A stretch of DNA of 64,000 nucleotides from Paecilomyces variotii. Lineage: Eukaryota. Positions within the stretch are counted from its first letter, which is position 1; each line of letters starts with the position of its first letter. The translations under genes and the position numbers were made by a program. The stretch is from assembly GCA_004022145.1 (NCBI GenBank), contig RCNU01000006.1; one strand, written 5' to 3'. Positions 51,796 through 64,000 of the stretch are shown here, piece after piece. Below the pieces are notes generated by a model that searched no databases, had not been told where the DNA came from, and saw only the letters and a program-made list of their open reading frames with translations.

Positions 51796-53841
51796 TCATT
51801 TACCAGTCTTGCTCTTCTTCTTGGGACGCTCGTCTTCGTCGTCGTCCGAGGCGTTATCCTCTGCGCCGGAAGCGTCCTCCATCTCCGCGTCACTACCGCT
51901 GCCGCCGCTGCTCTCGTGAGCAGAGTCGTACTCTTCTGCCACATCAGACTCTGAGGAGGCCTCGAAGTCCTCATCCACAGACTCCTCGTCTTCATCGGCC
52001 GAGCCACGGTCGGCGCGTCCGCCTTCGTCGTCACTGGAGGCCATCATCTCATCATTATCCAGAGCGGCCGCCAGGAGTGCAGAAGACTGGAACAATCCGT
52101 CAGTATGCATACATCAATAGAAACATAAGGCAAACTCACATCATCCGTCATCTCGTTCTTGAACCGGATGTTCTTGGCCTTGAAGAATTCCTCCAGAGGC
52201 TGCTGCTCCTCACTATGGGTGCATTAGTAAACGGACGGCTGAAATGAATTTCACAAAGACGTACCGGTTGATGTTGCTGAATTGATGCTCGCCCATTCCA
52301 CCCTTCAATGTCATCGTGATATCGAAGGTTCTGCTGGCCGACACGGCACCACCAACACGTGACATTGTAATTACGGCAATATTCTCGATCTGGACGTATG
52401 TGGCCGGCTTGGGAACGAACATGAAACTCTTGTCCAGGCAGAACAGGAGACCTTCATTCGCCTTGATCGAGCACTTGACTCCGCTGTGTCCGTGGTGGCT
52501 GACGAAGTCTTTGGATGGCATGATGACCTTCTTGCCCGAAAGACCACGGAAGATCTTCGTGATCACCTGGTGGATAGGCTCCTCATAGCGAGGCTCCAGC
52601 TTGTCCTTGTATCGAGTCTCAAGGAGCTCCCTAAAACACGGTCAGTAACGTATCGAGTAGACACAGTTCGTCGAATACATACTGGGTCATATTGAGTTCT
52701 ATGCTGATTTCCTCGTCCAGCTTCAGCTGCATGACAAGGAAAGGATATCTCGTTTGACCCTGACGGAGCGGAGGGTCGAGACCCAGGACGATAAGCGTAT
52801 GGGTGTCGTCGTTCTTGGGTAGTAGGAAGAACTTCTTGATCGAAGCATACTGGATCTTGTAGTCGTACGTCTTTCCACGTAACCGGAAAGAGGACTCGTA
52901 CATATCGATATCGAACCGACCTCTGCACACTCTTTGTTATCATCTGAGCCCATATATAAGCGCTGATATAATGCATACCTTGGAGTAAGATGTAGCACAT
53001 CCAGGAAAGTGGCGAACGTGTCACCGGCCACATCTCCAATCTCAGCTTTGTCCATGAGGGTCTCATAGAAGAGATTGGCCGCATTCTGCTCTTCTTCCTC
53101 TCCCTCGTTCTCCTCGTCTCCCTCCTTTTCCTTCTTGACAACCGTGCCTGGGATATAGAATCTCATTTCTACGAGTTCATCCGCGCCAGCACCAGCCTTC
53201 CGACCACGGTTCTTTGTGCTCCCATCTGGCCGGCCATTCGCACCGTTTGCATGGCCATCTGTGGGAAGAGCAAATTCGACCGCCACTTCGTTCTTTCCAG
53301 CCAGATTGGTGTTGGAGATCTCAGTGTATGGGATTTCGAACGCGGGACGGTTCTGCACGTTGAATGCCAGCTCTGCCTTGGTGAACTCTGCCTTACCCCA
53401 GTTCCATCCGCGGAGGGCGTGCTCGCGGCTCTCGACGTTGATGCCGTACCAGATCCTGAACGCTTTGCTAACTCGCTCGAAATCCTATTGTTTCAAAAGG
53501 GCCTTCGTCAGCCACGTTGCAATACGTCCCAGCATTCACGGCTAGGTAGAGAACGCACCTCTTGTTCGAAACCATCTAGCTGAATGACACCAGAAGTCCG
53601 CGACAGGATCTTCAGCTCATATCCCTTCGCCGCTCGGCTCCATTGCGCCGCACCGATGTTGCTGCTGTCCAGGGTAAACGTATCACCTCCGCCTGACGGC
53701 TTCCATCCCAGACCACTTTCTGCCAGCTTGCATTTTCCTGGGTTTTTTGACAGGTCCAGGTAGATATTATCGAAGCTCTCCCTGCAACGAGTATTAGCCA
53801 CAGAGTCGAAATGATCGCAAATACCAGGAGCTTGCTCACAT
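51796..53841 (-). CDS. pob3: FACT complex subunit Pob3/SSRP1, multi-exon
   Basis: MESFDNIYLDLSK..GWNWGK..LTPRGRFDIDMY..LRLRGKTYDYKI..PPLRQGQTRYP..CSIKANEGLL, followed by an acidic tail. Confidence 0.97.
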
Positions 53842-54197
53842 GTTGGAGATGGCGCTGCGTGATGAACGGTCGGTCAAGGGAAATGCAACGCGACTCGAAA
53901 CTGACTGATGGCTTCAGACAGAGGTATAAGAAGTGATTCGAGCGCAAATGTCGAACTGCTGAGAGCTATCCGCAAAGCTCTTGATCAATTTCTGGAGTTT
54001 CGCGTAGAGCGCGCGGCTGTCGACCTCTCACGCGGCGCGGCAAGGAGGAAGTGGGCCCGCCACTTCATTGCAGAATCTGGTCTAGCGTGCCAAGACTGTT
54101 GAAGCTCTCAATCTACAGTTACAACCTGAGGCAGCGTCAAGACGGTCCCAGGCAGGTTAGAACCATAGTAACACAAGAATAAAAATCCCTTGAGGTA

Positions 54198-55100
54198 GTG
54201 TGGTCTCCTAGTTCCTTCGACCAGATCCAGATTCCTGAAGACATCAAACAACTCCTGGTACGTATTATTACTGAGAGTTCCAACTCTAAGGTAAATAACG
54301 CAAGAGGCTATTTACGGCTCGTATCTTTTATCCGAAAAGGCAGTCGACTTTTAGAAACCCTCGTGTTTTACGAAGATATAGTTATTCTAGAGAATATCCT
54401 ATTTGAGAGATTTCCAATACGATTCCCAAAAATAAGGCTTCTAATAGAGTATAGCCACGGTATTAGTATTGCCAAAGGCCAGTACTTACAGGCGATACGA
54501 CGGCTCCTTTTAGATAGTGTTTCGATACCGAGCTATACCGGTAGATAAAAAATAGAGATACGACCTTTTGTCTATATAGAATTGATTGACGGTGACATAT
54601 TATAAGAAGGATAGGATTTACTATTAGGTGTCGTTCGATCAAGTACAATATGTAAAGAAGTTCGCGATTTATTGTCTTTACGTCGACTTCAGAAACTACC
54701 AGGTGAGAACTTTATCAGTAGGCATTGCAAAGTCATTATGGTATAATATAATATAGTTGTTTAAGTTTTATCTAGGACGAGTAGGTGGCTAGCCACTTTC
54801 TGACGTGATCTTTCTTAGTTTTGAAGCTGGACCTTTCTGGCAGTGAAGGTTTTTAGATAAGTAGTTCTCTGAATTATTACCAGAGCAAACGTTTACGGAT
54901 ACTATTTTCGATGATCCTGTTTATTTAGATCTCGCAGATAATTTATGTTTTATGCATAGTAATCTCAAACCTAGTAATGTTCTAATTCCCTCCAGCGAAA
55001 CTCTTTATATTCTCGCCCTTATAAAAATTTATCAATCCGGTTGGTTGCTAATAGTGGGTATATTACAAGGCTCTCTTAATTTATCCTATTGGAGATTAGT
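54198..55100 (+). pseudogene. RIP-like decayed gene remnants (AAA-ATPase-like fragment near 54200; APH-kinase-like fragment near 54900-55100)
   Basis: VWSPSSFDQIQIPEDIKQLL resembles the pre-Walker-A segment of fungal AAA ATPases. FMHSNLKPSNVLI..YQSGWL resembles HxDLxxxNIL..DWxxSGW. The region is TpA-rich with many stops. Confidence 0.4.
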
Positions 55101-56483
55101 AGGAGATATTCTATATTCCTGTATTTCTGGAACCATAGCCGAATTTTTCTTTTTTTTCTTTTTTTTTTTTCAAGGCTTACTTTTTCTCCACTGGTGCTTT
55201 TGGTTGTCAAGGGAGAGAAACCGGTCAAGGCTCAAGCTATCTCTCCGTCCGTTATCAATCCAACGCCAAGCATCAACCCATCGTTGGATAGATAGTTCGA
55301 GTTCTGCCGCTTTCTATCGGAACTTCCGGATTGCCTTGTATGTTTCTTGCTGCCTCTTGAAACATGTCTTGCCGTTAGAACATGCTAGCACCACGGCCCT
55401 ATGGCAGTATGACTTGGCTTCCCCTCTAGCAGAGTGGCTAAGTGGAGGCTAGTTCTCTCAAGTCTCGCTCACTATTGATTAAGGCGACCAATCTAGAAGA
55501 GAAAGCAAAAGAAAAAAGCCTGGACCCCGCAGCGAAAGTCGAGCACGTATCTCAAGGCTATCAGATCTTCGACATCTTTGTGGTTCTAATATTAGCATCA
55601 TAGATGTACTGGTACAGTACCAGTATCTCTGTGCGTTAGTTAGTTGCTGAAGTACGAGGACGTAGGCTAAATGTCCACACTGGTGGACATTTTTGATGTG
55701 CGTTCTTTACAAAGATACCCACGGGATCAATTTCACGGTCCAATGTTCGGTAGTTGGGTTAGTGAGGTTGACAGACTGCAGTGCGTCGAGTTATCCTGCT
55801 TTTCTGTATGTCTAGAATCTCGAGGACCCGTCGCACAACAACAATCGCCTAAAACAGTATAATGGTAGCGAGATGACATCAAACTGGAACCGCGAGACGA
55901 TCATTTCCGTCTAGCCACAGCCTCCAAATACGTACTCTACGGGTTCTGCTCAAAATCATTCGAGAATAGTTAATAGAGAATTCCCGTAATATGGTACAGG
56001 CGGACGCAGATATAACTAGTACCATACGGCCACCCCGAGCACGCTGAGTCGCGACTGATGGCAAAAAAAAAAGGCTCTCACATTGCGCCGTGCACTGCCA
56101 TGGAGGGGTTCCGTGTTGCATCGACGATCATTCATTCCGGGTCCTCACCCTGAAAGAGAGAGGGTCGCGAGAGCGCGTCTGTTATCGAAGACCCTCGATA
56201 GCATACCTCAATTATGCATATCCAAGACCCAGGATGGCGGGAGATCTTATCGATAGTCCACCACACATGCCAGCGTCAGTTATCGCAGAATAATTTCGAA
56301 GAATTAGAGTATTTCTTGGTATTTATGGTATTATCTCAAGCCACGAGCGATGATGCCACATGAGACACCAACGCAACCACGGGTCGCGCTTGCCCGCATT
56401 CCGTCCCGAGGCGGAACCCGCTGTGAAATAATGGACTGGTCTGATTTGCCCGGTGACAAGTAAATCCTGCCTTGGTCCCTGAC

Positions 56484-58400
56484 GGTGGGTGGTCGCGAGG
56501 TCGCGAGGCGGCGTCTCGCGAGGTGGCGAGGTTTTTGTTACCAGTTAGATTACTAGTAAATACGAGTGTATTAAAAATGAATATATATTAATAGGGAATA
56601 AAATCAAAATAAAGCGGCGGGGTGGTAAGTACAGGTAAAGGGATCTCGCGGGGCGGAAGAGGGAAGGCTGTGGAGGGGAGACGGAGAATGACGAAAGGGA
56701 CTAATAGAAGGAAAATAGTGAGGGAGAAAGGTACAAGAGACCACCCCGCGAGACCAGGAAATACTGTAGATCTGTATGTAAAAGAAGCAAGACAGGCGAG
56801 GAGGGCGACTACAGAAAGCGGGAGGGACGAAGAAGAGGGAATGGGGGGAAGAAAGATTAAAGAAGAAATAGTGAAGAATAGGAAGAGGTAGAAAGAGAGT
56901 AGAAGTGAGATAGAGAGGAGGGACGAGAAGGGAAGAGAGGAAGGGAGAAGGAAGAGGAAAGAGAGGCGCGCGGGGGGGCGAGAGAGATAGGAGAAAGAGA
57001 AAGGAGAAGGAGAAGGGGAAAGGGAAAAAAGAAGAGAGAGGAGAAGGGAGAGGAAGAGAAGGGAAACGGGAAAGAGGAGAAGAAAAAGAAAAGAGAGGAG
57101 GACGAGGAAAGAGGAAAAGAAGGGAAAGAAAAAGGAGAAAAAGGGAAAAGGAAGAGGAGGAAAAGGAGAAAGAGGATAGAGGAGGGAAGGAGGAGGAAAG
57201 AGAAGAGGGGAAAAGGGTAGGAGGGAAGGAGGAGGAGGGAGAGCGACGGGAAGAGGAAAAAAAGAGGAGGGGGAGGGGAAGGAGAGGAAGAAGGGGAAAC
57301 GCGAGAAGAGGGAGGAAAAAAAAGAAAGAAGGAGAGGTCGGGGAGAAGGAGGAAAGAGGAAGAGAGGGAAAAGAGGAGTAAAGAGAAGAGAAAAAAGAAA
57401 AGAAGAAGAGGTAGGGGGAGAAGGAGAAGAAGGAAGAAAGATGAAGGAAAGAAAAGAAAAGAAATAAAAGAAATAGAGGCTGTGAGAATGGAGGAAAGAT
57501 GAAGAGAAATTGAAAAGGTAGGAAGGAAATTAGGAATGAGAGATATGGGATCAAATAAAGAGAAATAAATATATATCCAGTTGTAGTTTAATTTATATAA
57601 AAAGTAACTATATAATATAGAATAAAATAAATTAAATAATGATACTATTTATGTAAATAATAATATAGTTTAATCTGTTATTTAATATAATTTATTATTA
57701 TTGATATTATTTTAATGATTTTACTGTTAGTATTACTTTTTAGTATTTTATATTAAATATTAAAGTTTAAATTATTATTAAATTATATATTATTCTTGTT
57801 TAAATTTAAATTATAATATACTTTAATATTTATATTATCTATATAAGAAAAAAAAAAAGAGAGAATATATTTAATCTTAAAGTATTATTAATTATACTTA
57901 ATATAATTAAATATTATTAGTAAAATACTAATATATTAAATAATACTAATATATTAATAAATATTAATATATATTAATAATCTATTATTTAATATTTATT
58001 AAAAAATATTAAATATTATTAGTAAATCCAGATTTATTTAGTAGCACTAATAGCCTGTATTTGCTTAATTTTAATACAGATCTAACAGTTATTTACTTAG
58101 TCTCGCGGGGTGGTATAATAGTAATTTATAACTAAGCTATTTTAATAGTAATTAGACTTTATTAATAAAACTAGTAATATTTAGTATAAAATACAAAAAT
58201 TACAATCTTACCGCCCCGCGAGATAAGATTTACCTGTACTTACCACCCCGCGAGATTTAAAAATTTTAGATTTTATTCTCTATTAGTATATATTAGTATA
58301 ATTTTAATATAAAATAATAATTTACCAGTAACCTACTGGTAACAAAAACCTCGCGACCTCGCGAGACGCCACCTCGCGACCTCGCGACCCATATAACCGA
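56484..58400. mobile_element. About 1.9-kb fold-back/long-TIR DNA element relic, extremely AT-rich, flanked by the 9-bp direct repeat GTCCCTGAC
   Basis: GGTCGCGAGGTCGCGAGG..GGTTTTTGTTACCAGT at 56491 is mirrored at 58335-58390. GTCCCTGAC occurs at 56475-56483 and 58401-58409. CCCCGCGAGA subterminal motifs repeat in both arms. Confidence 0.8.
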
Positions 58401-58848
58401 GTCCCTGACACTTTGTTCTCTTAGTGGCGGCCCGGTCACCGCGAAACCGTACGCCGTATAGAATACGTACCGGTACATACAGACAGAACTGAGTCCTGAC
58501 AGACTAAGAGTGACACAGCGAGATCCTGACTGAACACCCAAAAGCCCCCCTTGCCATGTCATTCCCTTGGTCCATCCAACTTCGCACATTCATTCGTTGA
58601 CCTCCTGTTTTTTCTATGCACCCTGTATCGATATCATTCTTTGCGACTAACAGGGTCTCTCTCCTGTCTTCCTTCTTTTCCATTCGTTTTTCGTTGTCAT
58701 CCGTTCGTTCTCCTTTTTTCCACGCGTCGACGTGGACAGGCTGCGCCCCCTCCGCCTGTCCTCTGCATCTCTCTTTGTCATAATCATACAAATCAACCTT
58801 TAATACCGTGGATCGAGACGGAGCATCTTTGTCGTCGCGCCCTGGACA

Positions 58849-61800
58849 ATGAGGGCATCCTCACTGTTTGGGCCCGCGGCGGCTGGCTGGTCGACCATCG
58901 CTAGATTCTGGCCGCTCCTGATCCCGCACTCGTCGAGCGTCCTCGCCCTGAGCTTCAACACCGTGCCGCTTCCACAGCTTGATCTATCGTCTTTGGGAAG
59001 AGTCGTCCTGACCGGAGACTTCGACGCCATTTCGCTGTATTCCTATGAGCAGCAGTCTGAGACGCCTGCTCTCACCAATGGCTCCCAGTCCCTGCTGACC
59101 CAGCTGCCAAACGGGGCGCTGGCCACTCTGTCGACCGCTGATGCCGATATCCTTGCGATGTGCCCGCTGTCTACGGATGCGAACTCAAAAGTTGTCGTGG
59201 GAGGGAATTTCACGAGTTTAGGTGACGTCGAGGCCCAGGGGATTGCCTTGTTTGACCCAACTTCAAGCAAGGTGACCGCTCTGCCGGGACTCAATGGCTC
59301 GGTGTCCGCCTTACTGTGCGATCAAAGTTCCGGTACGGTCTATGTCGGCGGTGACTTTGAGAGTCACAATTCCTCGAACGCCATCGCGTGGAGCGCGAAG
59401 AGCGGGTGGCAGAGTCTGTCGTTTGGCGGATTCAATGGCCCCGTGCGATCGATCCTGAAAACCGACAACGGCCACATCGTCTTTGGAGGCTCTTTCCAAG
59501 GTCTCGGCAATGACACCACCATTCCCCAGAACAAAAGCGAACAGATCATTAATCTGCAGGACGCACGAATTACCAGCGACGCACAGTCACCAACCCAAGG
59601 GTTTATTGACCCGCAAAATGTCATCTGCAAGACGAATGATCAAGATAGCGCTGGAAATACGTGGTTGCTGGACGATTATTCTCCTGGCTTTTGGCGAGCG
59701 GACATGAACTTTACCTATCAACCGACCAAGCTCCGCTTGTACAACACCCACCTGGACGGAAGGGGCACCAAAGCATTCAGATTCACAGCACTTCCGGACA
59801 CGGGAATCATGAATCTGACATACACTGACCCCAGCTCTGGCAAGGATGCATTCTGCGATGCCTCATGCCCACTGTCTGACGATAAGAGTGAGAAATACCG
59901 CGATTTCCGTTTTGTCAATTCTGTCGGCATGCAGGGCTTTATGCTGGAGATCTTAGATTGGTACGGACAAGGCGCTGGCCTAGACGGTATTGAGCTGTTC
60001 CAGGATGGTGAGTATTCGGACCTCTTTTGCAACCCTGGAGTCTCTTTCCCACTAATAGTCCTCTAGAGATCTATGCCTACGCCGTCAATGATTTCAACGA
60101 ACCGCCATGCGCAAATCTCAAGTTTGGTTCCACGGCTACCACGACGGGTGAATGGACAGTCACACCAGCTGGCCAGACCGCATCGGACTACTTGAGCGCC
60201 CGAGTGAGCGCCTCAAATGCCGGTAGCACCTCTGTTACTCTTAAGCCGGACATCAAGCAATCGGGAAATTACACCGTGAGGTTGTTCACTCCTGGATGTA
60301 TTCAGGATAACACATGCAGTTCTCGCGGAATAGTCAACGTCACGGCCACATTCGCTACAGGCACTGAAGCTTCGGCCCCTATTCAGACACTGATCTATCA
60401 GACAAATAACTACGAGAAATACGACACTATTTACACCGGATATGTGGATGCTAGCAGCAGTGATTTCCGCACCAGCGTAACATTGACTCCGGCCAGTGGT
60501 CAGGGTGACCTCGATGTTGTGGCCTCCCGCGTTCAGTACCAGCTCATCTCAGCGAATGGTAGCTTGAGTGGTGGCTCGAGCGGTGGCTTTAATGCTCTGT
60601 ACGATTACGACCCCACTGAGAAGACCGTCAGCAAGTCTACCATTGATGAGGCGGGTAACAATCTGGACGAAGGCGCTCTGATAACTAGCCTCGCAACTCA
60701 TGATGGTGTCATCTACGCCGCAGGCAACTTCTCGACGACTGCATACAAGAACATCATGTCTGTCTCCGATGGAAATGGGACATCATTGCCGGACGGCGGC
60801 TTGAATTCTGAAGTGAATGCCCTTCTGTCTCTGGATGAATTCTTGTATGTTGGTGGCAATTTCACGGACACCGCAACCGGCTCAAATGGAGACCTCAAGG
60901 GAATTGCAGCATACTCGTATTCTTCCAAGTCGTGGTCTCCCCTGGGTGCTGGTGTCAATGGCCACGTCACATCTGTCGTTGCCCTTACATTGAATGTGTC
61001 CACGAGCACTGCTGAAACCACAGTTGCCGTCAGTGGTGACTTTGACCAGATCCTCGGTTTCGGCGATAACTCTTCGCTCCCAGCATCAGGCTTCGCTGTG
61101 TGGGTTCCTTCGAAGAAGAACTGGTTGCAGAACTTGGACGTCTATCAGATGTCCTTTGACGGTCAACTAAGCGCTTCAGCCCTTGTGGGCAACACCAGCA
61201 TCCTTGCAGGAAACCTTGCCTCCGGCGGAATCTCCGCGAGCGGTGCTGTGTCCCTGACGGACTCTAACAATGTCGCCATCGAACCTCTGCCCATCAAAAT
61301 CGAGAAACAGACACCATCTGGCTCATCATTGACGAAGAGAGATGTTGGCGGTCAAAGCTTCAGTGGCGTAGTTACCGGTGTTTTCGACAAGAACAATGGC
61401 CGCAATCTCACCCTCCTCGGTGGAAGCTTCTCTGCTGAAGCTACCGATGGCTCGACCATTCAGAACGTTCTCATCTTGGACGGCGGGCATGATAACAAGG
61501 TTACCGGTTTGCCATCTGGAGTCGATGGCAATTCGACCATTCTTACCATGGAGGTTGAAGGCGACACCCTATATGCGGGTGGAACTATCACCGGAACTGT
61601 AGGCAAGACGTCCTTGAATGGCTTCGTAGTCTATGGCCTTTCTAATGGCAGCTTCGCCAGCCCTCATCCTGCTCCACTGAGTGGTAATAATGTGTCGGTC
61701 AACTCTATCGCTGCACGCCCGAGCTCCTCGCAAGTCTATGTCGGCGGAGAATTCGACTCAGCTGGCGGGCTGCCCTGCCCCAGCGTCTGCTTCTACGACA

Positions 61801-62669
61801 CATCTGCAAGTTCATGGAGCAGGCCTGGTTTTGGAATTGATGGCGTGGTCTCTACCCTCAAATGGGTCAACAACGACAAGCTGCTTGTCGCCGGCAATCT
61901 TACCGTGTCGAACAACCATAGTATGGTCGCGATCTACAACACCAAGGACCAGAGCTGGACCTCAATGAACGGAACCTCCGCCAGCGATATCCCGGGCCCT
62001 GTCACTGTCCTTTCTCCGGCCAGCGATGACGTTTCTCAAATCTGGCTGGCTGGCAAGTCTTCCACCAACGGCTCCAGCTTTCTGATCTACTATGATGGCA
62101 ACAACTTCCATTCCGTGGGCAATGTATTTGGCCAGCAGACAACGATCCGTGATGTCCAGGTGCTGGAGACCAACAAGAATCACGATGATACCGCGTTCCT
62201 CAATAATGACCAAATTCTTCTGATCACCGGTCAGCTCGTGCTTCCGGACTTTGGAAACGCATCGGCTGCTATCTTCAACGGCACCTCGGTGACTCCGTTT
62301 ATTCTCTCAACGACTGGGACGGATGAGCCAGGCAGCATCTCGCAGCTCATCAGCGAGAACAAAAACACGTTTAGCAAGAACAGTAAGTTCATGTTCCCTC
62401 CTTCGCGTTTCGATCATTACTAACCTACCTGCACAGGCGGTCACTACTCGAACGGTATCATCGTCTTGGTCTCCTTCTGCTGCGCCCTCGGCTGCGTCTT
62501 CTTGATCGTCCTGATTGGCATCGTGCTCAACAAGATCCAGCGTCATCGCCAGGGCTACATTCGTGCCCCGACCAGTGGAACGGACCGGCCCACGAGCATG
62601 CGGCGAGTGCCTCCGGAGTATCTTTTCGATTCGCTAAGGGCACGCACCGCGGGTATGCCGGCGGTGTAA
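58849..62669 (+). CDS. rax2: Polarity/bud-site selection membrane protein Rax2, 3 exons
   Basis: Signal peptide, repeated YVGGxF beta-propeller blades, one C-terminal TM helix (IIVLVSFCCALGCVFLIVLIGIVL); introns at about 60008-60066 and 62383-62436. Confidence 0.93.
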
Positions 62670-63657
62670 CCTGCGGAACAGTATCTTGACCGTCCATGTT
62701 TGGCGGACCTCGCTTACTGTTTTGAATATTGCGCTTTTGCGCTTTGGGAATGGCGTTCTAGGAAGCAATGGTACTTAATACCCTGTGCTAATGTTTGAAA
62801 GCCCTTCGCCCCCTTTTTTGCAACTTCTTTTGCCCCCTCTTCTCATTTCTCTTTATTCCCCGCCGTATCCCATCCGGCCTACGTGCACCATCTTCGGCAT
62901 GTTACTGCACTGTGTATATTCCAGTGTCTATTGCACATAGTACATACCTCGATGTTCGAGGCTTGTCGATCGCATTTTGTCGCGCACATGGCTGGCTGCC
63001 ATGGCTTTATCTGTGTGGATGTAAATAACTCGGGGGAAGACCACTGTTAATGATATGGCTAATGGTCCTGAGATGCAATATACTGTTTCTTCATATTCGT
63101 CGCAGGCCCTTTTAGTGCTAGGTAGGCTAGTCGCTGTAGGAGTCCGTAAGAAGAAAAAAAAAAAAAAAAAAAAAAAAAAGGGATCTTCCGCAGGGCCTCA
63201 ATCCTTGTTTAATTAAATCGCGACTATCTAGCCAGACTAACTTAGCCTCTTGTACTCGCTTGTATTCGGTGTAACCAACTAGCTGCTGGCATCATCGTCT
63301 GTGTAAGGTCAGACGGTGCCTCGGTTCCGGGTTGCTAAAGTTAGCACTGCTCCCAGAGAAATCGAGCCAACGTCCCGATTGCTGTCGATCGCTGCAGAGT
63401 GTCTCGGTGTCCAGCATTCCAGAAAGATCGCCCTGTCGAGGACGTGGGGAGAGCAGGGTGTCCATCATCGCATCGTTGGCTGGGGATTGTCTCTTCCCCG
63501 CACAAAGAGAGCGATCCGGGGCGTTCGTCCCGCACGTGTGGTCTCGGCCTTCCACAACCCGCAAGCATTATTTCTCCAGCTTTGCTGGCTCTCCACATCG
63601 GTTCTCTCCCAGGTTGTCTGTCGGATGTCTGCGCACACGGCGTCCTGATCAGCCGGC

Positions 63658-64000
63658 ATGCGGTCTCGAACAGGCTGGTACGTTGGATCCCTCCCTTTGC
63701 TGTCTTCTGCTCTGCTCTGCGCTCTCTGGCCATTCTGTTTTTTGGCGCCTTCCCGACGACTGACTCATGGGCGATCGTCCGGCGATCCAGTTTGACGTGC
63801 CGGACTCGCAAGTTGAAGTGCGATGAGCGAAAACCCGAGTGCACCCAATGCCGGAGGGCCTCCAGGGAGTGCCGGCCCAGCGAAGGCATCGTCTTCCGGC
63901 ATCAGCAGAATGCGTCGATGAACAAGGACGAGGAAGCCTCGGGCAAGGGCAGCCTGAGGGGGTTCTATTCCTACAAGAACACCTTCGACAAGGACAGCGT
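63658..64000 (+). CDS. Zn(II)2Cys6 transcription factor, 5' part (runs off the window)
   Basis: Removing intron 63678-63790 gives MRSRTGCLTCRTRKLKCDERKPECTQCRRASRECRPSEGIVFRHQQN, a complete CX2CX6CX6CX2CX6C motif. It is absent from the ORF track. Confidence 0.93.

Noticed and set aside
56604..57554. 316-aa F/S/L/P-rich ORF
   Set aside because: Translation of the polypurine tract, which is itself probably a corrupted palindrome arm.

Overview
Eukaryotic, intron-rich genomic DNA from a filamentous ascomycete (Eurotiales-like, judged from the gene set and the GT..CTRAY..AG introns of about 50-60 nt; species not determinable). Most of the window is a core-gene block: eEF3, a GT8 glycosyltransferase, TOS4, SNU13, UPF2, MIA40, thiamine pyrophosphokinase, GTT3-like, an MME1-like carrier, POM33, septin CDC3/aspB, POB3, RAX2 and the start of a Zn2Cys6 factor. 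Three accessory or decayed patches interrupt it, at about 1-3.2 kb, 10.7-19.4 kb and 54.2-58.4 kb. The most interesting signals are: (1) a ~225-nt intergenic, multi-hairpin candidate Pol III RNA (A box, B box/T-arm, T6 end) divergent from SNU13 that is not a tRNA; (2) a 53-nt intron apparently created by tandem duplication of exon sequence, demonstrable against a paralog 7 kb away; (3) an abrupt codon-usage switch in the last 55 codons of eEF3, directly in front of an accessory island, suggestive of 3'-end replacement; (4) two fold-back elements, one with an arm that looks corrupted by a sequencing artefact. All exon structures were read by eye and no database searches were run.
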